The translations under genes and the position numbers were made by a program. Positions 1 through 8,711 of a stretch of 64,000 bases of DNA are shown here, one piece after another. Every line of letters begins with the position of its first letter. Position 1 is the stretch's first letter. The notes under the pieces are model-generated. The model ran no database searches. It worked only from the letters and a program-made list of their open reading frames with translations, and was not told the origin of the DNA. The DNA comes from Bacillota bacterium (lineage in GTDB: Bacteria > Bacillota > Dethiobacteria > DTU022): contig JAABTH010000001.1 in NCBI GenBank assembly GCA_011389985.1, positions 4,158 to 68,157 of the forward strand. Direction: 5' to 3'.

Positions 1-336
1 CGCGCTAAACATCATTACAACCCCTATGGCCACTCGGAGCTGATGTTCATCCCAGGCTCCGAACAGGTAAATTCCTATGGGAAGGCCTGCTGCCAATCCT
101 GCTACTGGAGTCAACCAGTCTTTCCAATTAAATTTGTCTCGTACGCTCCAAAAGACACGCAGATTCGTGATAAAAACGACAATGGAGACTACAATGGAAG
201 CTGAACTTGCGTTGCGGAAGAAGGGGAGCACTCCCATTGTAATTTGACCTGTGCCGAAACCGGTAATGCCGTGCACTATAGTCGCAATCAGAACAACAAG
301 AGCCGACCACAGTGTTACAATCCAATCTATGTCCAT
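1..336 (-). CDS. TauE/SafE-family (sulfite exporter-like) membrane protein, partial; N-terminal ~112 aa, gene continues past window start
   Basis: Minus-strand translation from ATG at ~336 reads MDIDWIVTLWSALVVLIATIVHGITGFGTGQITMGVLPFF..., hydrophobic with a TGFG-type motif typical of TauE/SafE permeases. GGATGGAGAA RBS upstream. Missing from the ORF track because no stop falls inside the window. Confidence 0.45.
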   Translation of the reverse strand, partial: MDIDWIVTLWSALVVLIATIVHGITGFGTGQITMGVLPFFRNASSASIVVSIVVFITNLRVFWSVRDKFNWKDWLTPVAGLAAGLPIGIYLFGAWDEHQLRVAIGVVMMFSA

Positions 337-350
337 ATTTGTTCTCCATC

Positions 351-1805
351 CTATACCGCGACGAACGTGTTCCGAAGTTCTGCGCGCAGCGGGTGGTGTT
401 TGGATAGATATGATTTCAGTGCCTCTACGCTTCGCTCATTGTGCTGTTGGCGGTTGCGCCCGTACTTGTCCGCGACGCCCTGTGTGGTAATAAAAGTCGT
501 GGGGTAATAGCGCCCGGGTTGCAGCTCTTCATCACCGATAAAAATTTGTTGCACGCGTTGCCCTGGAGGGTTCTCAATCTTGATGTAGGCGTTGAAACCA
601 AGACTGCGTTTGACGTAACCGCCCATTTGGTTGTACGGATCGCGGGCAAATGTTCGTTCCAGATTTTCCTCCAGCATCGCGACAATTTCCTCGCCCATCA
701 ACTCGACCGTTGAGATCGGCGGGTTCATTGGGGTCATGTTGTAGAGGTCATTCAACGTGACCTCCCCGGGAATTACCGGTGCGCCATAGCGCCATCCATT
801 CGAGAATGCCAATTGTGCGCCCGTGCTTTCCAGCAAAGACTGCAGTAGGAAATTATCCATTGTTGTTTCCAACGTAGTGCCTCGATTGAGGGCCGTTGCT
901 GTTTCACCTACAACTGTTGATAAGTCCTCTTGATAGGGCGCGATTGCTTGGTGCACGAGGTCATCAACTTCGGGATCAGGATTTATCTTGGCTTCTACCT
1001 CAATCAGTTGGTGGCGGTAGTCAACGACATGACCTTCTCCATCAATTTCTAGATCCAGGCGGCCCAGGAAAGATCCATGGCAGCCTGACTGTATGACCAA
1101 TGTTTTCTCTTGGATGGCTGGTTTAAAGAGCCGATTATGGGTGTGCCCACTCAGACACACATCAATACCTTGCACTTCCGACAATAGCTTCATGTCCTGA
1201 GAAAATCCGAGGTGTGAGATGAGGACGATCAGGTCTACCTTCTCCTTGGTGCGAAGATCATTAATAATGGAAGGGAGTTCTTCTCGCCCAAGGGTGAATT
1301 CCAGACCTTTGCTGAAGGAGGGCGGCATGGTTTTGTCTATAATGTTGGAGGCAATGCCCACCAGGCCGATCCGTAACCCGCCGATTTCCTTCAAGCTGTA
1401 CGGTGGGAAAAACCGCTTTTTTGTCGTTTGATCGTAAACATTGATCGCAAGCATCGGATAGCTGAGCTCCGTTGCGCGCTGTTTGAAGATCTCGGGACCA
1501 TAAGCAAACTCCCAGTGGGCTGTCATCGCGTCGAGACCCAATGTATTTAGAACAGGGATCAATGCCTGACCCTGTGTTTTTAGGGCGGGATAAGTGCCGT
1601 GGAGAGTATCGCCGCAATCGCAAAAGAGTACATGTCCCTTGTTCGCAGCCCGAATTTGTTTTACGAGTGTGGCAATGCGGGCATATCCTCCCGCAGGGCG
1701 ATAGACTGCCTGACCACCTTGCCAGAACATCTCCTGGTGTAGATTAAAATAGGCATGGCTGTCATTTAGTTGAATGATTGTGAGTGAACTTCTGTGTTTT
1801 TTCAT
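351..1805 (-). CDS. bifunctional metallophosphatase/5'-nucleotidase family protein (calcineurin-like phosphoesterase N-domain plus 5'-nucleotidase C-domain)
   Basis: 484-aa ORF with N-terminal DSH and GDxxHG-type metallophosphoesterase motifs and a C-terminal 5'-nucleotidase-like domain. No signal peptide. The stop lies 14 nt before the next minus-strand start. Confidence 0.8.
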   Translation of the reverse strand: MKKHRSSLTIIQLNDSHAYFNLHQEMFWQGGQAVYRPAGGYARIATLVKQIRAANKGHVLFCDCGDTLHGTYPALKTQGQALIPVLNTLGLDAMTAHWEFAYGPEIFKQRATELSYPMLAINVYDQTTKKRFFPPYSLKEIGGLRIGLVGIASNIIDKTMPPSFSKGLEFTLGREELPSIINDLRTKEKVDLIVLISHLGFSQDMKLLSEVQGIDVCLSGHTHNRLFKPAIQEKTLVIQSGCHGSFLGRLDLEIDGEGHVVDYRHQLIEVEAKINPDPEVDDLVHQAIAPYQEDLSTVVGETATALNRGTTLETTMDNFLLQSLLESTGAQLAFSNGWRYGAPVIPGEVTLNDLYNMTPMNPPISTVELMGEEIVAMLEENLERTFARDPYNQMGGYVKRSLGFNAYIKIENPPGQRVQQIFIGDEELQPGRYYPTTFITTQGVADKYGRNRQQHNERSVEALKSYLSKHHPLRAELRNTFVAV

Positions 1806-2065
1806 AGAAAAAGGCCTCCATTCATTTTATTCCATCAGCGGTTGAAACATCATGATATATGGATCCCTGATCAGTTTAGCCATAACCCCGTTGTTATTGA
1901 TCTTCTTTATACATGCAGGGTTTCTTCTATTAATACTGGGGTGAGCATAAAGCTGCCCAGTGCGCAAGCATCAACTTGGTTCAAATCCCTTCGTTTTTCT
2001 GCATTAATAATGAGGCCATCATTTGCTGATTGCGAATGATGACCTCAATGTCGAAAAATCCAGTA

Positions 2066-2149
2066 TTATCTTCGATATCGACTATAACCAAACCCACCAA
2101 ATAATACAATTACGACAATCACAATGATTACAATTGTGGTAGTACTCAT
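2066..2149 (-). CDS. 27-aa hydrophobic peptide (MSTTTIVIIVIVVIVLFGGFGYSRYRR)
   Basis: Strong RBS AAGGGGAGA 7 nt upstream of the ATG. Single TM-like segment. Below the 60-aa ORF-track cutoff. Confidence 0.25.
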   Translation of the reverse strand: MSTTTIVIIVIVVIVLFGGFGYSRYRR

Positions 2150-2345
2150 TTGATTATCTCCCCTTTTTGTATCGTGATTAGACGTCATTATGAAATTTGC
2201 TGAGAAATCTATTAGCAATTTTTCACTATTTTTGATCTTTACGCAGCGATGTGACGGTGTAGATTTTGGCTGTGCCCTACAACCGTGACTCCCTCGGTCA
2301 GCCGTTTATTTTTGGAATTGCTGATCGAGGGTTGCTATTTATTTT

Positions 2346-2612
2346 CTATTCACCACTACGGCTCCCGCTCCGTCCTACCAGGAACACAAGCAGGATAATG
2401 ACCACAAGCAGTAGTATACCCAGGATCCAGATAGTGGTGCCTTCAAAAAAGCCACTACCTTCTTCAGTTATTTGTATTTCAACATCAGGAACTTCAGGAA
2501 GGGGATCGTCATCCTGGCCTAAGGCGATTCCGGGAATTAACATAAGCAATATAAGAGCCACAATAATTATGGCTGTAAAACGCAGATTACCACGCAATAA
2601 TGAGGCGGACAT
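2346..2612 (-). CDS. small membrane/secreted protein of unknown function
   Basis: 88-aa ORF with an N-terminal signal/TM segment, an acidic middle and a C-terminal TM helix. Consensus RBS AAAGGAGA 8 nt upstream of the ATG. Confidence 0.45.
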   Translation of the reverse strand: MSASLLRGNLRFTAIIIVALILLMLIPGIALGQDDDPLPEVPDVEIQITEEGSGFFEGTTIWILGILLLVVIILLVFLVGRSGSRSGE

Positions 2613-2781
2613 AATTTATGTCTCCTTTCTTTTGGTAAACGTTGCTCAGTCTTAAAGCATGTGCCGATAATGCTGATAATAGAATAGTTATGAAGATAAT
2701 TGTTGTGATTTCAATTGCAACTCCTGCTATTGTGGTAAAGCCCAACAATCCGGAACTAATAGCAATGGCCAAAAATTTCAA
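2587..2781 (-). CDS. small hydrophobic membrane protein (hypothetical)
   Basis: 64-aa ORF with a TTG start and two predicted TM segments. Weak RBS. Its end overlaps the start of the next small gene. Confidence 0.25.
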   Translation of the reverse strand: MKFLAIAISSGLLGFTTIAGVAIEITTIIFITILLSALSAHALRLSNVYQKKGDINYVRLIIAW

Positions 2782-3077
2782 TGCTCATCTTGGCATTACT
2801 GATTCTCTCCTTTCAGCATTGAATATTATGATTCATCAAAGGTAACGTAAAGTAGATCCGTTACTTAAGGATAAGATATCCTACATTAATAGTATTAAAC
2901 AGAATGCTTATAAATCTATTAGCAAATTGCTCAATTTTAAGAGTATATGGGGACTTTGCTTATAGAATTCTGCGCATCCTTATTGATACTATAAATAATA
3001 AGATAAAATTTAATTTTACCATAATTATACAGTTTTTGTCAGAGACAATAACTGTTAAGAAAAGGAGGCTTACTCTT

Positions 3078-3221
3078 ATGCTGCCAGAAGGCGGTTTACT
3101 AATCGGAATAATCACTGTAATATTTGGGATTATCGTCATGATTTTCCCCAAGATCATTAACTATATCATCGGTATCTATCTTATCATTATCGGAATCCTG
3201 GGTATTTTGCAATCTATGTAA
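3078..3221 (+). CDS. DUF3096-like small membrane protein
   Basis: C-terminal IFPKIINYIIGIYLIIIGILGILQSM matches the DUF3096 pattern. AAGGAGG RBS ~10 nt upstream of the internal ATG. The longer track ORF 2904..3221 has no RBS. Confidence 0.5.
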   Translation: MLPEGGLLIGIITVIFGIIVMIFPKIINYIIGIYLIIIGILGILQSM

Positions 3222-3311
3222 CGATAACGATAATGCTTATGCGAGCCGGTGGATCTGCTCATGATCATAAAGTAGTTAACTTTTAGCAACGAAATAGGAG
3301 GAGGCGATATC

Positions 3312-3512
3312 GTGAACGAAGATATGGTCCAAGGAAAGTGGAACGAGCTGAAAGGCGAGGCCAAAAAAAAATGGGGAAAACTGACTGATAATGACCTGAT
3401 GATACAATCAGGGCACAAGGAAAAAATAGTCGGAACTCTACAGACGAAATACGGATATTCGAAAGAAAAGGCAGAGGAAGAATACAAGTCATTTCTTGAC
3501 AAGCATAAATAG
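3312..3512 (+). CDS. csbD: CsbD-family general stress protein
   Basis: 66-aa ORF with KGEAKKKWGKLTDNDL...GHKEKIVGTLQTKYGYSKEKAEEEY, the CsbD signature. AGGAGGAGG RBS before a GTG start. Confidence 0.75.
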   Translation: MNEDMVQGKWNELKGEAKKKWGKLTDNDLMIQSGHKEKIVGTLQTKYGYSKEKAEEEYKSFLDKHK

Positions 3513-3661
3513 CTGTTTAATGATAAGCCCTGTCTTCCTGAAAGTGCCTGATCAATGCCGCCTTGGCAGTAAGTTCATCTTCATTCAGACGAGGGATGCC
3601 AAGTATGCTGTAGAGCACATTTTCTCCGGTTCAGTATAAGCTTTCCTTAAAGTTGTAGTTT

Positions 3662-3701
3662 TCCTGCATATGGTATATACTGTGATATATATTATATGCA
3701 G
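3662..3701. promoter_or_regulatory. 9-bp inverted repeat CCTGCATAT-N22-ATATGCAGG spanning the putative vapB promoter -10 and overlapping the vapB RBS; candidate VapB autoregulation operator
   Basis: A perfect inverted repeat seen directly in the sequence. The right arm overlaps the GGAG Shine-Dalgarno 12 nt before the vapB ATG. Confidence 0.4.
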
Positions 3702-3714
3702 GAGTGTGATCATT

Positions 3715-3942
3715 ATGGATAGTGCTAAGCTTTTTTACAACGGCCGCAGCCAGGCGGTGCGCTTGCCCCGGGAATATCGCTTCGAGGGCGAAGAAGTGTA
3801 CATTAAAAAAATTGGCAGTGCGGTTGTTTTGATGCCTAAAAAGAAGGTTTGGGAAGTGCATGAAGCCGGGTTGGATTACTTCAGCGATGATTATATGGAA
3901 AATAGGAAACAACCTGACCTGAAAAAGAGGGATGACTTATGA
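3715..3942 (+). CDS. vapB: type II antitoxin VapB (AbrB/MazE/SpoVT swapped-hairpin family)
   Basis: [41 protein letters not shown] is a typical SpoVT/AbrB-type antitoxin N-domain. Its stop overlaps the vapC start (ATGA). Confidence 0.75.
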   Translation: MDSAKLFYNGRSQAVRLPREYRFEGEEVYIKKIGSAVVLMPKKKVWEVHEAGLDYFSDDYMENRKQPDLKKRDDL

Positions 3943-4343
3943 TCAGGTATCTGCTTGATACGAATATATGTATTTACCTGATTAAAGAAAAAGACCCTGC
4001 TTTGAAGCTGAAACTTTATAAAAAAGGGATTGGATGCTGCGCCATATCTGCCATTACCCTAGCGGAGTTAGCTTATGGGATAGAAAAAAGCAGTAAGGTG
4101 GAGCAAAATAAATTGGCGCTAGGTTTATTTCTTGCCCCTTTTGAGCTATTGTCTTTTCCAACGGATGCCGCCTTAACCTACGGAAGTATAAGGCAGCAAC
4201 TTGAACAGCGTGGGGAAATAATTGGGGGTTATGATCTGCTTATTGCAGCTCATGCTTTATCGGAAAGTTTAACTTTAGTGACCAATAATGTAGCTGAGTT
4301 TTCAAGGGTGGATGGCCTGCCTGTCGAAAACTGGAGTAACTGA
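3939..4343 (+). CDS. vapC: type II toxin VapC (PIN-domain ribonuclease)
   Basis: 134-aa ORF beginning [16 protein letters not shown], with the conserved PIN acidic residues D7 and E42 and the PIN fold pattern. Translationally coupled to vapB. Confidence 0.85.
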   Translation: MIRYLLDTNICIYLIKEKDPALKLKLYKKGIGCCAISAITLAELAYGIEKSSKVEQNKLALGLFLAPFELLSFPTDAALTYGSIRQQLEQRGEIIGGYDLLIAAHALSESLTLVTNNVAEFSRVDGLPVENWSN

Positions 4344-4352
4344 AACTATTAG

Positions 4353-4379
4353 AACACAGAGGGACGGTTCTTATGTGTT
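4353..4379 (+). repeat. REP-like palindromic element copy A (AACACAGAGGGACGGTTCTTATGTGTT)
   Basis: Member of a 6-copy family with consensus AACACAGGGGGACGGTTCTTTTGTGTT. A 6-bp stem AACACA/TGTGTT encloses a ~15-nt loop. Sits 10 nt after the vapC stop. Confidence 0.6.
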
Positions 4380-4860
4380 ATTAATTATGTAATTCTACAT
4401 AAACCAGCCTTCTGCAGGCACCAGGGACACAATAGTTATTTCTACGAGTTTCTGTCTGAGGTCATGCCCGCTTGGGAGGAAAAGCCCTTAAACTGAAGAA
4501 TTACAGATTATCGTTTTAAATGGCTAATCCTTGAGGATCAGAGGTTGAATGCCCCTGCCAAAAGAGATGTAGCACATTTTGCTGCCACCAATTTTAATTG
4601 ATTTTTCCTGCAGGTTGCCTAGCAATCTATTAAACATTTTCCATCACCCTTTAATATTTTGTAATGAGCACAGTTATAGTTAATTCGTTATTCTATTTGT
4701 ACGTTTTGCCTGCGTTTAAACGATCTTTAGAATTCAGGTGGGCCTCGTAAAAGTTTTGAAACCACTAGATGGGAAAAATGGTAAGATAGATTAAATGGGT
4801 GGTGCCGGCAGATGCCATCATCCGGTTGAAGAGCGAGGCGGGTTTTTTTGAAAGCAGTAG

Positions 4861-5520
4861 TTGTCAGGGGAAATAGAGGTAAAAAGCGCATTAAACAAGC
4901 TGAAGCGTACAGTGCCATACGGATGGGATCTTAATATCTACCGGGGTTGCCAGCACGGATGTCGTTACTGCTACACCCTCTATTCTCACCAATACCTTGG
5001 AACGGAGCAGTTTTCCAGAGAAATATTTGTGAAAAACAACATTGCCGAAAAGCTTGAAAAAGAGCTACAGGCACCGGGCTGGAAAGGCGACGTAATTAAC
5101 ATCGGCGGTGTAACCGACAGCTACCAACCGGCAGAGGCCGAGTACAGGCTGATGCCGCAAATACTGAAACTACTGACTAAATATAAAAACCCGGCCATTA
5201 TTTCGACTAAATCAGACCTGGTTTTAAGGGATTATGATCTAATTGATGAGTTGTCGAGGCTTACCTATATCAATATAGCGGCAACAATCACCACCGTTGA
5301 TGAGGCGGTTAGAGAAAAAACCGAGCCGAAAGCCGCAACTACTGCAAAGCGTTTTTCCTTGCTGAAATAGTTTAAAAAACAAATGCTTCCACCGGCTTGC
5401 ATTTAATGCCGGTTATACCTTTACTGACCGATTCTGCAGAAAATATAATTATTGTTGACTATCAATTCGTTTTATTCTCCCAGTGGAAACTCATGTAAAA
5501 GTTTTTCCAGTTCGTTAAGC
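4861..5520 (+). pseudogene. SplB-like radical SAM protein (spore-photoproduct-lyase / DNA repair photolyase family), frameshifted and truncated
   Basis: N-terminal [31 protein letters not shown] carries the CxxxCxxC radical-SAM motif. The ORF stops after 169 aa. The conserved continuation MPVIPLLTDSAEN appears in another frame at ~5407 and is followed quickly by a stop, so the gene is frameshifted and degenerate. Confidence 0.6.
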
Positions 5521-5695
5521 TTAAAAGTTTGGGCCCTGTCTGAGTTAGGCAGTTGAAAAGCGATACTGTCATCTTCGCAATAAACCCAAAGTCAAAAGCT
5601 GAGGTGGCTGTTTCGATCATTTGACTGAAACGGAAGCTATCCAAGGGTAACAGCGGATTGGCCAGGATGTAGTCGATGTTTTGAGTAATAAAAAA

Positions 5696-6418
5696 CTATT
5701 TTAATAGCAATGATGCAATAATTGTCATACTTACCATCACTACATTGCTGATACTATGCATGATCATCGGGTAATAGACACTCCCGGATTTTTCATAGCA
5801 GTCCCCATAAAATATCCCCAGGGTGATTGATAAAAAAACCTGGTAAAGGCTAAAGTCAGCTTCAAAGGGAGCAAATGAAAACCTGACATGCGCCAAACCA
5901 AATATGATGGCCGCAATGATATTTGCATAACTTAACTTCTTCTTTAAAAATCTGCCCCGTATAACAAGCGCCAGCATTGTGATGGCAAAAGCTCTGAAAA
6001 TTAGTTCTTCAGACGGGCCCGACAACACTAGCTGGAAGCTTAATTGCCCTAAGATGTTAGTAAAAGTTAGTGGGTATTGAAATGGCTGGAACGTATTGGT
6101 CAGAAAGGCGATTATATGAGAAGCTAAAGAGCCTGCAGTAAAAATCAGGGCAAATAATAGAACATAATTCCTGCCCACTGCTTTATTGCCCCAACTAAAG
6201 CCAAAGTTTAGCGGCTTAAATTTGCTTATTACAGCAATAATGAGTAAGAAAATAAAAGCTTGCACCAGGTGATGAACTGCAATCCAGGCATATGATCCGT
6301 CCGGGTCGATTTTATGATAATTAACTAGATCGGCAATATTACCTGATAACCTGGGCACTCCCAGAAGGATAACTGCCAGGAACAAGATCCAGAGCGATTT
6401 CTTCAATATATGGCCCAT
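5696..6418 (-). CDS. CPBP-family intramembrane glutamic endopeptidase (CAAX protease / Abi-like)
   Basis: Multi-TM protein with EELIFR (motif 1, EExxxR), FGLAH (motif 2) and HSISN (motif 3). Start chosen at the internal ATG (MGHILKK), which has a GAGGTG RBS. Confidence 0.75.
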   Translation of the reverse strand: MGHILKKSLWILFLAVILLGVPRLSGNIADLVNYHKIDPDGSYAWIAVHHLVQAFIFLLIIAVISKFKPLNFGFSWGNKAVGRNYVLLFALIFTAGSLASHIIAFLTNTFQPFQYPLTFTNILGQLSFQLVLSGPSEELIFRAFAITMLALVIRGRFLKKKLSYANIIAAIIFGLAHVRFSFAPFEADFSLYQVFLSITLGIFYGDCYEKSGSVYYPMIMHSISNVVMVSMTIIASLLLK

Positions 6419-6561
6419 ATATGCACCTCGTATCCTGATATCAGTAGTTTTCAATTAAGCATTCTTAAAAGGTTGTTGTGTTTTAGATCTTATCAAATTA
6501 CTGCCTGCCACATAAGATAATATATATGAAGCAGTCATGTCAATGCTTGTTTCGATCTTAG

Positions 6562-6632
6562 AACACAAGGGGACTGTTTAAAGTGTTGCAATAAATTGAT
6601 TAAGTCATCTATGCTGGTTACGAGACAAGAGG
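6562..6632 (+). repeat. extended REP-like element copy B (degenerate core plus a ~45-nt shared tail)
   Basis: Core AACACAAGGGGACTGTTTAAAGTGTT followed by GCAATAAATTGATTAAGTCATCTATGCTGGTTACGAGACAAGAGG. The tail is ~85% identical to the tail of copy C. Lies downstream of the encapsulin gene. Confidence 0.6.
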
Positions 6633-6963
6633 TAATCGAACAACAGTCTTTGGCATATAGGATGATCCTATGCTAAGAAGGGCAAAGTAAGAGACCAGTT
6701 CAGGCATTTACCATCTTGCGATAATTACCCTTAATTATTTCCAGGGCTGCAAATTTAAATATTACATTTTTATCATTTATCAGCAGATAAGTGACAAATC
6801 CGCGGCCGCTGTTGGTCTCAGGATGTATATCCGGAAACAGTGACGAAAAATCAGGGCCTGCCATGACAACCTGGTTAAACTTAAAATAGATTTATTATAA
6901 ATGAGTGTAAATTCGCCAGCATAGAAAAAGGCTGCCGGCATATTGCCAGCAGCCCTATCTCCT

Positions 6964-7755
6964 TTAGATAGTAAATTTAACTATCAGGGCCGGGTCGAGA
7001 ACCCTGAAAGTGAAAGATTCTGTAATATGCAGCCTGACTTCCTTTGCATCATGGTCCTGATAGCCGATCGAAAAATCGATGCCCAGGTTTAATTCCAGGT
7101 CTTCGTGATCAAAAGGCAATAGTAAGGCGCCTTCTAAGGCGGGTGAGAACAGAATATCACCTTCGATTAATTCTGTTATCTGCTTGTAGAGAGGGTAAGC
7201 CCCAGCTTCATGGTTGATTTGATGCCAAACTTTTTCTCCGGCAACCAGGGAGAGCGGCGTAGGTACAAAGTTATCCTGTAGAGTAAGAACACCATCTGTG
7301 AGAGCATCCATTATTGAAGAAGCGTCCTGTCCGAATTCCAGGTTCTTGTCGGCCATTTCAACTAGACCTTCAATATTACCTTTTGCATAGCCATTAAATA
7401 TAGCATTCTCTTCAAACAGGGCTGCTTTCCGGGTTGCTTCTTCCAGCGGACCCAGATCTACATCCCGGGCGCCCCGGGTTAAATTGTCCATCTCCCAGCG
7501 GTTAAGGACAAATTCACATCTGGTTTCAACTAAAGGCTGGACTTTATACAGGCCAGTACAGAGCTCTTCCGATTCTTTCTCCAGAACCGTCAGCCGCCCT
7601 TCAGGTATTACAGTATGGTTCAATCCCTTGGGGCCTTCCACATGTACGATTTTACGGGCGGTAAGAATGCTTTTCAAAACTTCTTTTGCTCTTTCATCTA
7701 TCCCATGCCAGGCTTCTTCCGTTAAAGGAGCCAGTTGGCGTTTAAGAAAATCCAT
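6964..7755 (-). CDS. family 1 encapsulin nanocompartment shell protein (HK97 fold, linocin M18-like)
   Basis: 263 aa. MDFLKRQLAPLTEEAWHGIDERAKEVLKS...DNLTRGARDVDLGPLEEATRKAALFEE...SIGYQDHDAKEVRLHITESFTFRVLDP aligns along its length with T. maritima-type encapsulin ([30 protein letters not shown]...[26 protein letters not shown]). Confidence 0.9.
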   Translation of the reverse strand: MDFLKRQLAPLTEEAWHGIDERAKEVLKSILTARKIVHVEGPKGLNHTVIPEGRLTVLEKESEELCTGLYKVQPLVETRCEFVLNRWEMDNLTRGARDVDLGPLEEATRKAALFEENAIFNGYAKGNIEGLVEMADKNLEFGQDASSIMDALTDGVLTLQDNFVPTPLSLVAGEKVWHQINHEAGAYPLYKQITELIEGDILFSPALEGALLLPFDHEDLELNLGIDFSIGYQDHDAKEVRLHITESFTFRVLDPALIVKFTI

Positions 7756-7769
7756 TGCAATTCCTCCTC

Positions 7770-8123
7770 TTATTTTTTCATGTTGCCCAGGTTCAGGCTC
7801 CCCGGGGTAACGGGGTTTTGATCATTGTCTTCATTGACCTCTTCAGAGTGGCCGATGGGCCCTTCTGTAAAAAGATTTTCTTGAAGCTCTTTCTCCCAAC
7901 CGGGCATATTTCTTCTAAGCCATTCCAAAACCATGCAGACATGCTCAATCTCTTCGTCGCGGTTATGCTTCAGAACTTCTTTAAGGGTATCATCATCGGT
8001 GGTGTCTATTCTCTGGTGATACCAGATTACCGCTTCTACTTCTTCCTTGAGGCTGTGAAGGGCACGAACGAAATCTCTTGCTTCAGTGCTCAGCTGTTCT
8101 GTTGGTTCTATATAGTTGGACAC
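7770..8123 (-). CDS. encapsulated ferritin-like protein (EncFtn) with C-terminal encapsulin targeting peptide
   Basis: 117 aa. EARDFVRALHSLKEEVEAVIWYHQRI...EEIEHVCMVLEWL carries an ExxH di-iron ferritin-like motif. The C-terminus TPGSLNLGNMKK fits the encapsulin cargo-loading peptide consensus (GSLxhGxhK). Sits immediately upstream of the shell gene. Confidence 0.8.
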   Translation of the reverse strand: MSNYIEPTEQLSTEARDFVRALHSLKEEVEAVIWYHQRIDTTDDDTLKEVLKHNRDEEIEHVCMVLEWLRRNMPGWEKELQENLFTEGPIGHSEEVNEDNDQNPVTPGSLNLGNMKK

Positions 8124-8225
8124 TTGAGTACCTCCTTATGTAAGTGATTTATACTCATATAATAAGCATATATCAGCAGTGTAATTAGGTCAAGCTAAAG
8201 GCAGAATATAGAGAATATTTTGGCC
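8124..8225 (-). promoter_or_regulatory. putative sigma-A promoter and RBS region of the EncFtn-encapsulin operon
   Basis: On the minus strand: TTGACC-N17-TATGCT, then AGGAGG, then the GTG start of EncFtn. Confidence 0.3.
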
Positions 8226-8235
8226 ATACTTTAAC

Positions 8236-8306
8236 AACACAGGGGGACGGTTCTTTTGTGTTGCAATAAATTAATAAAGCCATCTATGCTGGTTATGAGA
8301 TAAGGA
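8236..8306 (+). repeat. extended REP-like element copy C (core plus ~45-nt shared tail)
   Basis: Core AACACAGGGGGACGGTTCTTTTGTGTT followed by GCAATAAATTAATAAAGCCATCTATGCTGGTTATGAGATAAGGAG. Direct-repeat partner of copy B, upstream of the encapsulin operon promoter. Confidence 0.6.
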
Positions 8307-8711
8307 GTAGAGCTTTGAGTGATTGCACCATATAACCCTATAAGACATTATACAAACTCGCATTGCTGCCCAAAAGAGAATAAGTGCCTCGAAAATAGCG
8401 AACGGAAAAAGTTCTGCAGGCATCAGATAATCGAATAAAAGCCAGCGGGAAGCAACAAATCTGATTATAGTGAAGGCAAAGGTAGCGGACAATTGGTATT
8501 GATGCAAGTACAGTTCCGCCAGCAGCTAAAACACTTGTAAAAGCTTTATTACTCGTCAGAGAAACATCCTTGCACCTGCACGTTTATCAAGGTTTAAAAA
8601 CCATTATACTCTTTTTCATTTCCCGGCTTCCTAACTAAGGTTTAATCACTTTAATTCCGGGGATACCAAAATATCTTTGAATAGATCTAATATGTACAAG
8701 AGAATCGGATT

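Noticed and set aside
128-507. Track ORFs 128..349(-), 244..507(+), 251..490(+), 425..685(-), 441..713(+)
   Set aside because: All lie inside or overlap the well-supported minus-strand 5'-nucleotidase and TauE genes in other frames. They have no RBS, an odd composition (Cys/His/Arg-rich), and no recognisable domains.
8271-8507. 78-aa minus-strand ORF overlapping REP copy C
   Set aside because: No RBS. Starts inside the repeat element. Hydrophobic low-complexity product. More likely non-coding.
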